Below are positions 28,217-37,582 of a stretch of DNA of 64,000 bases, in pieces. Source of the stretch: a bacterium UBP15_UBA6099 (GTDB taxonomy: Bacteria > UBP15 > UBA6099); assembly GCA_002435745.1 (NCBI GenBank), contig DIWT01000043.1:50654-114653 (forward strand), written 5' to 3'. How positions within the stretch are numbered: the stretch's first letter is position 1; each line of letters starts with the position of its first letter. The translations under genes and the position numbers were made by a program. The notes beneath the pieces are model-generated. The model searched no databases. It saw only the letters and a program-made list of their open reading frames with translations, and was not told the origin of the DNA.

Positions 28217-29225
28217 AGTCGCGAAGATAATAGGGGGCGACGTCGAAGGGGACGCAGGACGCGAGGCCTGCGGGGTAAGCTCGCTGGACGTCGCGGCGGA
28301 AGGCAGCGTGGTGTGGCTTGAGCGGCGGCGGGATGTCGAATTGCTGAACGGCAAAGACCCTGCGGCCGTAATCTGTCCTCCTGATGTGGAGTTGGAGGGG
28401 CGGACGGTCATAAGGGCGAAGAACTCCAAGCTGGCTTTCGCAAAGGCCGTCGAGCTGTTTAACCCATACAGGAAACACGAGCCGGGAATCCATCCTTCCG
28501 CAGTGGTGTCGCCCGGAGCTAATGTGCATCCGACAAGCGCTATCGGCCCGAACTGCTGCGTCGAGTCGGGAGCCGATGTCGGCGCGGGCTCGGTTCTGAG
28601 AGCGAATGTTTTTCTGGGCCTCGGCGCGAGAGTCGGCGAAGGTTGCCTATTGCATCCGAACGTGGTCGTGCTGGACGGATGCGAGCTTGGAAACAACGTG
28701 ACGCTGCACAGCGGGGTGGTCATAGGGGCGGACGGTTTCGGCTATGTGAGAGATGAGAGCGGCAGTCATTATAAAGTTCCGCAGGCGGGCCGCGTGGTAA
28801 TAGAGGACGATGTGGAAATCGGGGCGAACTCGGCGGTCGACCGCGCGACGCTTGGAGAGACTAGAGTGGGTCGCGGCGCGAAGATTGACAACCTTGTGCA
28901 AATCGGACACAACACGATAATTGGCGCCCGCTGCATTATCTGCGGCTCGTCGGGATTGTCCGGAAGCGTCAATGTCGGTTCTGACACCATAATGGGCGGG
29001 CAGGCGGGCGTATCGGACCACGTCAATATAGGCTCCGGGGCGATAATCGGCGGGAAGGCGGGCGTCATTTCCGATGTGCCGGACGGCAAATTTTATTCCG
29101 GATTTCCCGCCCGCCCGCACAGAGAAAACATTAAAATGATCGCGGCCGCCGAGAAACTTCCAGAACTGATAAAAAAAGTGGAAGAGATGTTGCTCGGCGT
29201 CGAAAAACGAAACGAAAAGGGTTGA
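28197..29225 (+). CDS. lpxD: UDP-3-O-acylglucosamine N-acyltransferase
   Basis: MKMRISEVAKIIGG at the N-terminus and a long run of hexapeptide (LbH) repeats. Start trimmed to the ATG at 28197. Confidence 0.9.
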   Translation: MKMRISEVAKIIGGDVEGDAGREACGVSSLDVAAEGSVVWLERRRDVELLNGKDPAAVICPPDVELEGRTVIRAKNSKLAFAKAVELFNPYRKHEPGIHPSAVVSPGANVHPTSAIGPNCCVESGADVGAGSVLRANVFLGLGARVGEGCLLHPNVVVLDGCELGNNVTLHSGVVIGADGFGYVRDESGSHYKVPQAGRVVIEDDVEIGANSAVDRATLGETRVGRGAKIDNLVQIGHNTIIGARCIICGSSGLSGSVNVGSDTIMGGQAGVSDHVNIGSGAIIGGKAGVISDVPDGKFYSGFPARPHRENIKMIAAAEKLPELIKKVEEMLLGVEKRNEKG

Positions 29226-29233
29226 ACTTTACG

Positions 29234-30052
29234 ATGCGGTCTCAGAGGCAGACGACCATAGCGGAGCCGATAGAATTCGACGGCGTCGGGTTGCACACGG
29301 GAGCCGTCTGCTCGCTGAGGATTTTGCCGTCAGGCCCCGGCGAAGGCGTTGTTTTCGCTCATAGTGGCCGGCGAGTCAGGGCTGGAGCGGAATCCGCGGT
29401 CCCGGCGGCGCGGAACACTGTCCTCAGCGACGGCGTCATCTCTCTCCACACGGTCGAGCATGTGATGTCCGCGCTTTATTGCATGGGGATCGACAACGCT
29501 GAAATCGCGATGTCCGCCGAGGAGCCTCCGGCGCTGGACGGAGGGGCGGAGCCTTACGCCGCCGGAATCCGCCGCGCGGGTTTGAAGGAACTTGACGCGA
29601 CCAGAGAATATCTGACTATCGCGAAGAAGACGACTGTCGATAAAGGGCGGAGCCGGGTGACGGCTGAGCCGTTCGACGGGTTCGTCGTCGAATATGACAT
29701 GGAATACGAGCATCCTATGATAGGAAGACAGTCGGCGAGATTCGATGGTGGCGCTGATGAGTACCTGCGCGAGATCGCGCCGGCGCGCACTTTCGGGCTT
29801 TCAGAGGAGGTCGAGGCGTTGAGGGCCGCCGGCCTCGCCCTCGGAGGCTCCGAACTTAACGCTGTGGTCGTTTACCCTGATTCATATTCGTCGCCTTTGA
29901 GGTTCGACAATGAGTTCGCGCGGCATAAACTGCTTGATCTGACGGGGGACTTGGCGCTTGCGGGACGGCGGCTGAGAGGCAGATTCAAGGGCGAACGCAG
30001 CGGCCACGCTCTAAACGTCGAGCTTGTAAGGCTCATCTGCTCGACGCTATGA
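29234..30052 (+). CDS. lpxC: UDP-3-O-acyl-N-acetylglucosamine deacetylase
   Basis: QRQTTIAEPIEFDGVGLHTGA...HTVEHVMSALYCMGIDN...EPPALDGGAEPY...HKLLDLTGDLAL. The track gives a TTG start at 29222 and an ATG lies at 29234. Confidence 0.9.
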   Translation: MRSQRQTTIAEPIEFDGVGLHTGAVCSLRILPSGPGEGVVFAHSGRRVRAGAESAVPAARNTVLSDGVISLHTVEHVMSALYCMGIDNAEIAMSAEEPPALDGGAEPYAAGIRRAGLKELDATREYLTIAKKTTVDKGRSRVTAEPFDGFVVEYDMEYEHPMIGRQSARFDGGADEYLREIAPARTFGLSEEVEALRAAGLALGGSELNAVVVYPDSYSSPLRFDNEFARHKLLDLTGDLALAGRRLRGRFKGERSGHALNVELVRLICSTL

Positions 30053-30183
30053 CGCTTTTCATCAGTTGACATATACATGCCTCGGCTTATCATCGGCGCG
30101 CTCGGCAGCGAACTCGCTTTGAGCCAAATTGGATTTTCAAACCGATTGATATAGAATCAAGAAATCATCCGGGCGGACGCGGA

Positions 30184-33100
30184 ATGACGCCGCATTATGA
30201 ACTGGGAAACCTTATGAAGAAGAATATCGGAGTCGCCGGAACGGCTGTTCTGGCATGTTTTTTCCTGACCGGTTGTTTTTCGCTGGCGTATCAGTTGGCG
30301 TGGGTGAGGCTTTTCACGCTTGTTTTCGGGAACACGGTGTTCGCGGTGAGCGCGGTAGTTGCGGCGTTTATGGCGGGGCTTGGCGCGGGCGGGTACTGGT
30401 TCGGCAGAAGGATACGGCGCGGGGGAGACCCCGTGAGGATATACGGAACGGTCGAGATTATTGTGGGCGTGTACGCCTTCGCGATGCCCGCGCTGACATA
30501 TCTTATAAAGTCCCTCGCGCAGTATTTTCCTCCTGCGGGGGAGGAATACGGCTACGCGCTGTTTTTCGTCCGCTTTGCGGTGTCGTTGGTCTTCCTGCTG
30601 CCGCCGACTTTTCTGATGGGGGCCTCTCTTCCGCTGCTGACCAAATATTACGTTTCCCGCGGCGGCAAGGTGGGAAGCTCAGTGTCGTTTCTGTACGGGC
30701 TGAACACCGCCGGGGCGGTGGCGGGAGTTTTTATCGCCACATTTTTCTTGATGCCGTCGATAGGGATTTTCAAGACGATAGCGGCGGCAGCTTGCGCGAA
30801 CGTCGGCGTCGGGCTGCTGTTGGTTTATATATCGCTGAGGACGTCCGCCGAACAAGACGACGGAAAAGGCAAGGACGCCGCGCCGGGAGGCGCAAGGCAG
30901 CCGCGAGAGCCGTTGCGGGGCCGCCGGGCGTTCTGTCTTCTTGGCGCGGTGTTTGTCGCCGGGTTCACGTCTATGCTGTTTGAAGTAGCGTGGATGAGAG
31001 TGGCGGCGCTTCTTATCGGCGGATCAGTATATTCATTTTCACTTGCGCTTCTTACGATTCTCATAGGAATATCAGTCGGAGGGTTCGCTGCCGGAAGGTA
31101 TTACCAAAAAAAGACATCCGCCGGGTCCGGCGCGCTCGCGTTCTGCCTTTTCGCCTCGGCGGTGTCGGCGGCGGTGGTTCTTCCCGCGCTGCCCTTTGTG
31201 GCAGGAATCGTTCCGGTTCTGATATCGATTCTGAAAGATTATGACTATCTGATGTTCGCCGGGAGTTTTGCAGTCTGCTGTTTTCTGTTGTTGATTCCTG
31301 CGGTGTTTCTTGGAGCGGCTTTCCCGATAGCGGCTGAGATGAGTTCGGAGAGCGATGCCGCCGCGCCGGGAGCCGTAGGCAGGGTTTATATGGCGAACAC
31401 GGCGGGAGCGATACTAGGCTCGCTGCTGACGGGGTTCTGGCTTATTCCAACAATCGGGGCAAGGAACACGCTCGCGCTGGGGCTTGCGCTGGGATGCGCG
31501 GGCGCTGTCGCGGCGCTTGCGGCGGGGCCGGCCAAGGGAATGTTCAGGCGGGCGGCTTTGGCGGTTATTCCCATCGCTGCATGCGCGGCAATCGCAACCG
31601 GCCCGTTCTGGAACGCAGGCGTGATGACGGCGGGGCCTTATATGTCGCCAGCGGGCGCGGCAGGCGTTTCCGTCGCCAAATACATAGAAATTGTGAAGTC
31701 TACGGCGGATGACATTCTCTTCTACCACGACGGGCTTGCCGCAACCGTTTCCGTCCATCAGCGCGAAGGAAACATGTTTCTGAGAGTGAACGGCAAGACG
31801 GACGCGTCCAGCGTGATAGACCTGCGCACCCAGACGATGCTTTCTTATATCCCGCTTGCGCTCAAGGGCGACGCTAAAGATGTCCTGATAATCGGAGTCG
31901 GAAGCGGAAGCACCGCCGGCGCGGCTCTGGAGTTCCCTGTGGAGCGCGTCAGAAGCGTTGAACTCGAACCTTCTGTAATCGCGGCGTCGAAATACTTTAA
32001 GGACGTGAATGGATCATATTGGGAGGATCCGAGGCATAAGTTCGCTCTGGAAGACGCGCGAAACTTCCTTCTAAGGGAAAAGGTCGGTTATGACGTAATA
32101 ATATCCCAGCCGTCCAATCCGTGGCTGTCCGGCGCGGCGGGACTGTTCACCCGCGAGTCGTTCGCGGCAATCCGCGACCGGCTGAAACCCGGCGGCCTCT
32201 CTTGCCAGTGGGTTCAGGCCTATGGGCTTTCTGAAGAGTCCCTTCTGTTGATTCTCGCCACCTATACAGATGTCTTTCCCAACACGCTTGTTTTCAGGAG
32301 CGGGTTGGCGGACATAATTCTTATAGGCTCGGTTGAGCCTATAGACACCGACGCTTTCAGGATAGACGCGCGTCTGTCGCAGATTCAGTCTCTGAAAAAC
32401 AGGCTGGACAACTTCGGCATTCACGACACTCTTTCTTTCCTTTTAACGACGTATGTGATGGGAGCCGAACAACTTGCGGAGATGACTGCCGGTTACGGTC
32501 TGATAAACACCGACGACCGCCCGCTTCTGGAATTCGTAGCTCCGATAGACCTCCATAAGACCCCGTACGATGTGATGGGGGAGAGGTATATGGAGAATTT
32601 TGATGACATTCCAGCGGTTTTCGGCGTCGGAACAGAGAACTTCGGTTCCGCAACGTGGCACTCGATGGGCAATTTCTTCGCTTTTCAAATGAAAGACCCC
32701 GCGAGAGCGGAAAAGATGTATCTTAACGCGCTCAAGGCGGATCCCGGCATGGAAGCCGCCATGTTGGCCCTAGCGTCGCTCTATAAGAGCATGAACAAGC
32801 CGCTTATGGCTATCAGCTATTACACGCGCGTCCGCAATATCAGGCCCTCAGACGGCCAAATCACAACCAATATCATCCGCTTATACGTCCAACAGAACCT
32901 TTATGACATTGCTCTTGCCGAAATCGACGCTTTGCTCGAAAAAGCGCCCGATTCTTTGGCGGTGAAAAAGCTCAAAGGGGATGTGCTCCATTTGAATGGC
33001 GATATGAAAGCGGCGCTTGGGCAATATAGGGCTATCGAGCGCGAAATGAAGAGCGGAGATGCGAGACTGGCTTCCGTTTACATGGCGATAGCTTATGTGG

Positions 33101-33330
33101 CCGAAGACATGAAAGACGGCGGTCTGGCGACGGAGTATCTGAAAAAAACCGTAAGCGCGACCCCGTCCAACCTCGAAGCACAGGTAAAACTGGCAAACTG
33201 GCTGATGAAGTCGGGCGAATATTCCGCCGCAATTCGGCATTTGGATGCCGCGCTTAAGACATCTCCGGACTCTCTTGAAGCGCTTCATCTGAAAAAACGA
33301 GCAACTCGTTTGATGAACGCCCGCCCCTGA
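30184..33330 (+). CDS. Fused polytopic membrane domain / spermidine-synthase-like (SAM MTase fold) domain / C-terminal TPR protein
   Basis: 1048 aa. N-terminal ~480 aa of repeated TM helices (QLAWVRLFTLVFGNTV, LFEVAWMRVAALLIGGSVYSF), then VLIIGVGSGSTAGAAL...VELEP...DVIISQPSNPW, then TPR repeats at the C-terminus. An alternative start lies at 30214. Confidence 0.75.
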   Translation: MTPHYELGNLMKKNIGVAGTAVLACFFLTGCFSLAYQLAWVRLFTLVFGNTVFAVSAVVAAFMAGLGAGGYWFGRRIRRGGDPVRIYGTVEIIVGVYAFAMPALTYLIKSLAQYFPPAGEEYGYALFFVRFAVSLVFLLPPTFLMGASLPLLTKYYVSRGGKVGSSVSFLYGLNTAGAVAGVFIATFFLMPSIGIFKTIAAAACANVGVGLLLVYISLRTSAEQDDGKGKDAAPGGARQPREPLRGRRAFCLLGAVFVAGFTSMLFEVAWMRVAALLIGGSVYSFSLALLTILIGISVGGFAAGRYYQKKTSAGSGALAFCLFASAVSAAVVLPALPFVAGIVPVLISILKDYDYLMFAGSFAVCCFLLLIPAVFLGAAFPIAAEMSSESDAAAPGAVGRVYMANTAGAILGSLLTGFWLIPTIGARNTLALGLALGCAGAVAALAAGPAKGMFRRAALAVIPIAACAAIATGPFWNAGVMTAGPYMSPAGAAGVSVAKYIEIVKSTADDILFYHDGLAATVSVHQREGNMFLRVNGKTDASSVIDLRTQTMLSYIPLALKGDAKDVLIIGVGSGSTAGAALEFPVERVRSVELEPSVIAASKYFKDVNGSYWEDPRHKFALEDARNFLLREKVGYDVIISQPSNPWLSGAAGLFTRESFAAIRDRLKPGGLSCQWVQAYGLSEESLLLILATYTDVFPNTLVFRSGLADIILIGSVEPIDTDAFRIDARLSQIQSLKNRLDNFGIHDTLSFLLTTYVMGAEQLAEMTAGYGLINTDDRPLLEFVAPIDLHKTPYDVMGERYMENFDDIPAVFGVGTENFGSATWHSMGNFFAFQMKDPARAEKMYLNALKADPGMEAAMLALASLYKSMNKPLMAISYYTRVRNIRPSDGQITTNIIRLYVQQNLYDIALAEIDALLEKAPDSLAVKKLKGDVLHLNGDMKAALGQYRAIEREMKSGDARLASVYMAIAYVAEDMKDGGLATEYLKKTVSATPSNLEAQVKLANWLMKSGEYSAAIRHLDAALKTSPDSLEALHLKKRATRLMNARP

Positions 33331-33925
33331 TTTCCGGCGAGTTTTCAGCTTGCTAAAAAATGCTCCAAAGCATATATAAATTGGTCATACTATTTATTAT
33401 AATATTATATTAGTATTAAAGAATAATTGTGATTGACGCCATAAGCTCTGCTGAATGAAGTCGAGCCGAGTATAGAGCGATAGCAAGTTGAAGCGACCGA
33501 TGGCAACGCGACAAAAACATAGTAATTGTCCGTCAATCTTGGTAGAAAATAATAGTAGTATATTGCGGCGCAAAACGAAATAAAAACATTCAGAGCGGCG
33601 GACTTAAAAAACCGCGCGGCGTATTCAATAATCACGGCGGAGTCGCCAAGATTCGGACAAAGCTCTTTCGATGGCGAATCACAAGAAGCGCTGCCGATTC
33701 TTCGGCTTGCTCGGCGAGTTTGACGCGCCGGATGCTTTTTCGATTCGACATGTCGCACATGACTTGAAGCGGCCGCCGAAAACATATTGATGAGAAGGCA
33801 AAAGACGCATGATTTGTGTCACAACGTCGAAACAAAGGCGCGCGCGAGAGTTAGCCGACAAAATAAACCTTTAACTAAACGCAAAATTAATTTCACAACG
33901 CGCTTTTCTTTTTTTATGCCCGTTG

Positions 33926-33954
33926 TTGCCTAAACTTTCAAAATCATATAGAAT
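33926..33954 (+). promoter_or_regulatory. Candidate sigma70-type promoter upstream of flgF
   Basis: TTGCCT, 17-nt spacer, TAGAAT, about 50 nt upstream of the flgF start, within an AT-rich 670-nt intergenic region. Confidence 0.3.
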
Positions 33955-34002
33955 AATCGGGATTCGTATATTAAGAGAAATATACAGAAAGGAGGTGAAG
34001 AT

Positions 34003-34794
34003 TTGGAAAGAGGTCTATACACAGCCACGACGGGAATGCTCGTGCAGGAAATCAGGCTCGATCACATATCCAACAATCTGGCCAATGTGAATACCCCCGG
34101 ATTCAAAGGCAACGTAAGCGCGATTAAATCGTTTCCGCAGATGCTTGTTCACAGGATCAACGACACGTACCTGAAGGTTTCCGGCGTGGAAGGCAACATG
34201 GATTTGAGGCCGATGGTAGGGTTGAGCACGATGGGCGCGGTGGTGGACGAGATAGCCACTGATTTCCAGCAGGGAGTATTGCTGACGACGGAAGACCGTT
34301 TCGACCTCGCGCTTGAAGGGCAGGGATTCTTCGTTATTGAGACGCCGTTCGGCGAAAGGATGACGAGGGCGGGGAACTTCACGATCAACGCCGACAAAGA
34401 ACTGGTCAACAAGCTCGGATATCGCGTTATGGGAGAAAACGGGCCGATAAATCTCGACGGAAAATCTTTCGTTATTGATGATGCTGGAACGGTGTTCGTA
34501 GGAGCCAAGGGAGACGAATATCTGGACAAGCTGAAGATTGTCGACGTGGACGATTACAAGACTATTAAAAAAGTCGGGCATGACATGTTCATGGTTCCGG
34601 AAGAGCACGAACAGCCCCGGATCGCGTCGGACGCCAGAGTCCATCAGGGAAAACTCGAACAGTCCAACGTGAACTCGATAGATATGCTCAGAAGCATGAT
34701 TGAAGTCATGAGGACGTACGAGGCGAACTCGAAAGTCGTAGTGACGAAGGACACGCTGCTCGGCAAGGCGACAAGCGAAATCGGAAGGATATAA
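34003..34794 (+). CDS. flgF: Flagellar basal-body rod protein FlgF
   Basis: TTG start with AGGAGGTGA upstream. ERGLYTATTGMLVQEIRLDHISNNLANVNTPGFK at the N-terminus and C-terminal LEQSNVNSIDMLRSMIEVMRTYEANSKVV. Confidence 0.85.
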   Translation: MERGLYTATTGMLVQEIRLDHISNNLANVNTPGFKGNVSAIKSFPQMLVHRINDTYLKVSGVEGNMDLRPMVGLSTMGAVVDEIATDFQQGVLLTTEDRFDLALEGQGFFVIETPFGERMTRAGNFTINADKELVNKLGYRVMGENGPINLDGKSFVIDDAGTVFVGAKGDEYLDKLKIVDVDDYKTIKKVGHDMFMVPEEHEQPRIASDARVHQGKLEQSNVNSIDMLRSMIEVMRTYEANSKVVVTKDTLLGKATSEIGRI

Positions 34795-35078
34795 GAAATA
34801 AACGGCGAAAAAACCGGAAGGCCGGATGTTTGAGGCCGATGGGGCAGCGCCGGGCTCGGAGAGAGAAAGGCGAAAGGGATCGCTGGGAGAGAAACGTAGC
34901 CGGACTGCACGCAGGGGCTATGAGGAGCCGCCGACCGACAGACGCGGCCCGCTCCACAGCAAGGAAAAGCGCTTGGCAGGCGCGGCCCTCACGATTGCGC
35001 TCGCTATCGGCGATCCCATGAAAAATAATTCAATGCCGCGTCACGCGCCGCGGCGAAAATCTTGGAGGAATATCTATT

Positions 35079-35867
35079 ATGATGCGCTCATTGTACACGG
35101 CGGCATCCGGGATGCTCGCTCAGCAGTTGAACACAGACGCCATTTCCCACAACTTGGCGAACGTGAACACGACGGGTTTCAAAAAATCCAGAATCGAGTT
35201 TCAAGACCTGTTTTATCAAACTATGAGAGAGGCCGGCACGCCTATCACTCAGGGAGCTTCCATCCCCGTTCCGCTGCAGATAGGCCTCGGAGTCAGGCCG
35301 GTCGCTGAACAGAAAATGTTCGTTCAGGGCAACCTGATATCGACCGAACACATGTTCGACCTAGCCATCGAGGGAGAGGGTTTCTATCAGATACGCATGC
35401 CTAACGGCGAGATAGGCTACTCCCGCGACGGGTCGTTCAAAATCGACAGGGACGGCTCGCTTGTGACCGCCAACGGTTACTTCGTGGAGCCGCCCATCAC
35501 CGTTCCCGAAGACGCGCTTCGGTTCAACGTGACCGAGGACGGCGCGGTGACGGTGAACATCCCCGGTCAGGTCGATCCTCAGGAAATAGGACAGATAACC
35601 CTCGTGAGGTTCGTCAATCCAGCGGGCCTAAACAGAATAGGCAACAACCTGTACGTGGAAACGGCCGCTTCGGGAGCTCCGATAGAGGGCCAGCCGCTGC
35701 TGGACGGATTCGGCTCGGTGCGGCAGAACTTCCTCGAACAGTCGAATGTGAAGATAGTCGAGGAAATGGTCAGCTTGATAGTCGCTCAGAGGGCGTACGA
35801 GGTGAACTCGAAAGCCATTCAGACGTCGGACGACATGCTCGGCGTGGCGAACAACCTGAAACGGTAA
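35079..35867 (+). CDS. flgG: Flagellar distal rod protein FlgG
   Basis: MMRSLYTAASGMLAQQLNTDAISHNLANVNTTGFKKSR...LEQSNVKIVEEMVSLIVAQRAYEVNSKAIQTSDDML. Confidence 0.92.
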   Translation: MMRSLYTAASGMLAQQLNTDAISHNLANVNTTGFKKSRIEFQDLFYQTMREAGTPITQGASIPVPLQIGLGVRPVAEQKMFVQGNLISTEHMFDLAIEGEGFYQIRMPNGEIGYSRDGSFKIDRDGSLVTANGYFVEPPITVPEDALRFNVTEDGAVTVNIPGQVDPQEIGQITLVRFVNPAGLNRIGNNLYVETAASGAPIEGQPLLDGFGSVRQNFLEQSNVKIVEEMVSLIVAQRAYEVNSKAIQTSDDMLGVANNLKR

Positions 35868-35992
35868 GATTTGAAGGCGTCGCGGCATAGATGAAAGTGG
35901 CGCGACGCCGGGGGGGCCGGCGCGCGGCGGCAATCGGCGCGCCGGGAAAGGGTCGCTGGAATCGAAAACTTATTCGGCATCGTCCGGCGGGG

Positions 35993-36970
35993 ATGCGAGT
36001 GAAAATTAGACTTGCGATAGTTGCTCTGATGGCTGCGGCGGCGATAATCGCCACGCAGGCTAGCGCATCCGGCCCCGCGATAGAGGTCAAGGCTTACGCC
36101 GAAGTGACCGGCTCGGTGATTCTTGTGGGAGATGTCGCCGATGTAGCCGGAATGTCGGAAGCGGAAGCCGGGCGAATCCGGGGCTTGAGGTTCGGAATGT
36201 CGCCAAGACCCGGAGAGTCCCTGACTTTCAACGCCGCGCAGGTAAAAGGAAAACTTTACAACGCCGGCGTGGCGGTGGGCGATGTGGAACTGAAGCTGCC
36301 GGAGACCGCGACCATAAAGAGGAAAGCGGTGGTGGTCGCAGGAAAAGAGCTTGTGGAAGGCGCGGCGGATTATTTGAGAAAGAATCTGCAATGGCGCATG
36401 GACAACCTGACCATAACAGTCAAGGGAGATCCCGGTGATATTGTTCTCCCTTACGGCGACTTGAAAATTGAATACGAGATGGACGGGTCCCCGAAGAGGC
36501 ACGGAGCGCAGGCTTTGAGGGCCAGAGTCCTGTTGGATGGGGAGGTCAGGCGCGTGATGACAATGACCTCCTATCTGGAAGTGATGGCGGAAGTCGCCGT
36601 GGCGGCAAAGGATTTGCCCGCAGGACGAGTGATTACGGCCGATGACGTCGAGTTCAAACTGACCGACCTGACGAAGATGCGGCCGGGAGCGTACGACAGC
36701 CTTCAGTCTCTGGCGGGAAAACAACTCGTCAGAGCGGTGAGACGGGGAGACGAGATAACAAGATCGGCTGTGGCCGACGTCGCGGACATCAACTCCGGAG
36801 ACGCAGTGAAGATAGTATATAAGGGAGCCGGATTCGAAGTGGCTTCCAAGGGGAAAGCAGTGGAGAAAGGCTACGCGGGCGAAACGATTAAGGTAATAAA
36901 TGAAAGCTCGAAAAAAATAATCAGCGCGGTCGTGATCGACTCGCAGACAGTGGAAGCGATAGGAAAATGA
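35993..36970 (+). CDS. flgA: Flagellar P-ring assembly chaperone FlgA
   Basis: Signal peptide and a C-terminal SAF/FlgA-like region, LAGKQLVRAVRRGDEITRSAV...GDAVKIVYKGAGFEVASKGKAVEKGYAGETIKVIN. Trimmed from 35891 to the ATG at 35993. Confidence 0.75.
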   Translation: MRVKIRLAIVALMAAAAIIATQASASGPAIEVKAYAEVTGSVILVGDVADVAGMSEAEAGRIRGLRFGMSPRPGESLTFNAAQVKGKLYNAGVAVGDVELKLPETATIKRKAVVVAGKELVEGAADYLRKNLQWRMDNLTITVKGDPGDIVLPYGDLKIEYEMDGSPKRHGAQALRARVLLDGEVRRVMTMTSYLEVMAEVAVAAKDLPAGRVITADDVEFKLTDLTKMRPGAYDSLQSLAGKQLVRAVRRGDEITRSAVADVADINSGDAVKIVYKGAGFEVASKGKAVEKGYAGETIKVINESSKKIISAVVIDSQTVEAIGK

Positions 36971-36990
36971 AGTTTACGGAGGCGGCAAGC

Positions 36991-37572
36991 ATGAAAAGAA
37001 CCCGGACGGTAGTTATGGCGTTGCTGGCGGCGGCGGCGTTTTCGGCGCACGCGGCGGCCACTTCGCTGTGGACGGACACCAGCCCCTCGCTGTTCACCGA
37101 CAAAAAAGCCTTGTACGTCGGCGATATTGTGACCATCGTGGTCAGCGAGAGCACTCAGGCGACTCAGCAGGCGAATTCCGACATTAAGCAGGACACCACA
37201 GTAGAGTCCAGCGACGGAACGGGAATGTTGAGCAAGTTCTTCAACGCATTGAGCCTAGAAGCGGGGGCGGAATACGGGGCCGAAGGCAAGACGACTGCCG
37301 GAAGCAACCTCAGAACGACGATATCGGCGGAAGTAGTGGAAGTTCTGCCCAACGGCAATCTGCTCGTCGAGGCTCGGCGCGCGATGGTGGTGAACGAGGA
37401 AACCCAGACGATGGTGTTGTCAGGGATTATCCGCCCTCAGGACGTAGGGCGCGACAACATGGTGATGTCGTCTGTCATAGCGGCGCTTAACTTAAGATAT
37501 GAAGGCAAGGGGCCGATATCAAACAGGCAGAGGCCCGGAATACTGCACAAGCTGTTCAATGTGATCTTCTAG
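36991..37572 (+). CDS. flgH: Flagellar L-ring protein FlgH
   Basis: SLWTDTSPSLFTDKKALYVGDIVTIVVSE...VVEVLPNGNLLVEARR...LSGIIRPQDV. ATG 36991 has GGAGG 8 nt upstream. An ATGA-overlapping start also exists at 36967. Confidence 0.9.
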   Translation: MKRTRTVVMALLAAAAFSAHAAATSLWTDTSPSLFTDKKALYVGDIVTIVVSESTQATQQANSDIKQDTTVESSDGTGMLSKFFNALSLEAGAEYGAEGKTTAGSNLRTTISAEVVEVLPNGNLLVEARRAMVVNEETQTMVLSGIIRPQDVGRDNMVMSSVIAALNLRYEGKGPISNRQRPGILHKLFNVIF

Positions 37573-37582
37573 GGGGGTCGAA

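Noticed and set aside
33405-33785. A 126-aa minus-strand ORF in the AT-rich region upstream of flgF.
   Set aside because: It has no RBS, an odd composition (Tyr runs, an Arg-rich N-terminus) and no family resemblance. It lies in what looks like a regulatory intergenic region.
33931-33958. A possible sigma28 (FliA) promoter, TAAACTTT...TAGAATAA, upstream of flgF.
   Set aside because: The -35 half is good (TAAACTTT vs TAAAGTTT). The -10 region matches GCCGATAA at only about 4 of 8 positions and with non-canonical spacing. A sigma70-type reading of the same bases fits better.
34826-35308. A 160-aa ORF (and the 63-aa ORF at 34830-35021) in the flgF-flgG spacer.
   Set aside because: It is Arg/Glu/Gly low-complexity, runs out of frame into flgG and has no RBS. 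The spacer is reported separately as non-coding.
35819-36724. Long antisense or alternative-frame ORFs across the window. Examples: 34015-34644(-), 35819-36724(-), 40416-41345(-), 42228-42848(-), 51283-52074(-), 52345-53016(-), 57963-59105(-), 61327-62124(-), 61449-62240(-), 30255-30983(+), 53455-54198(+).
   Set aside because: Each overlaps a gene with strong family motifs (flg genes, GRE, activase, C45, rnfC and others). Each has Arg/Pro/Gly/His-rich composition and no recognisable domain, so I treat them as shadow ORFs.
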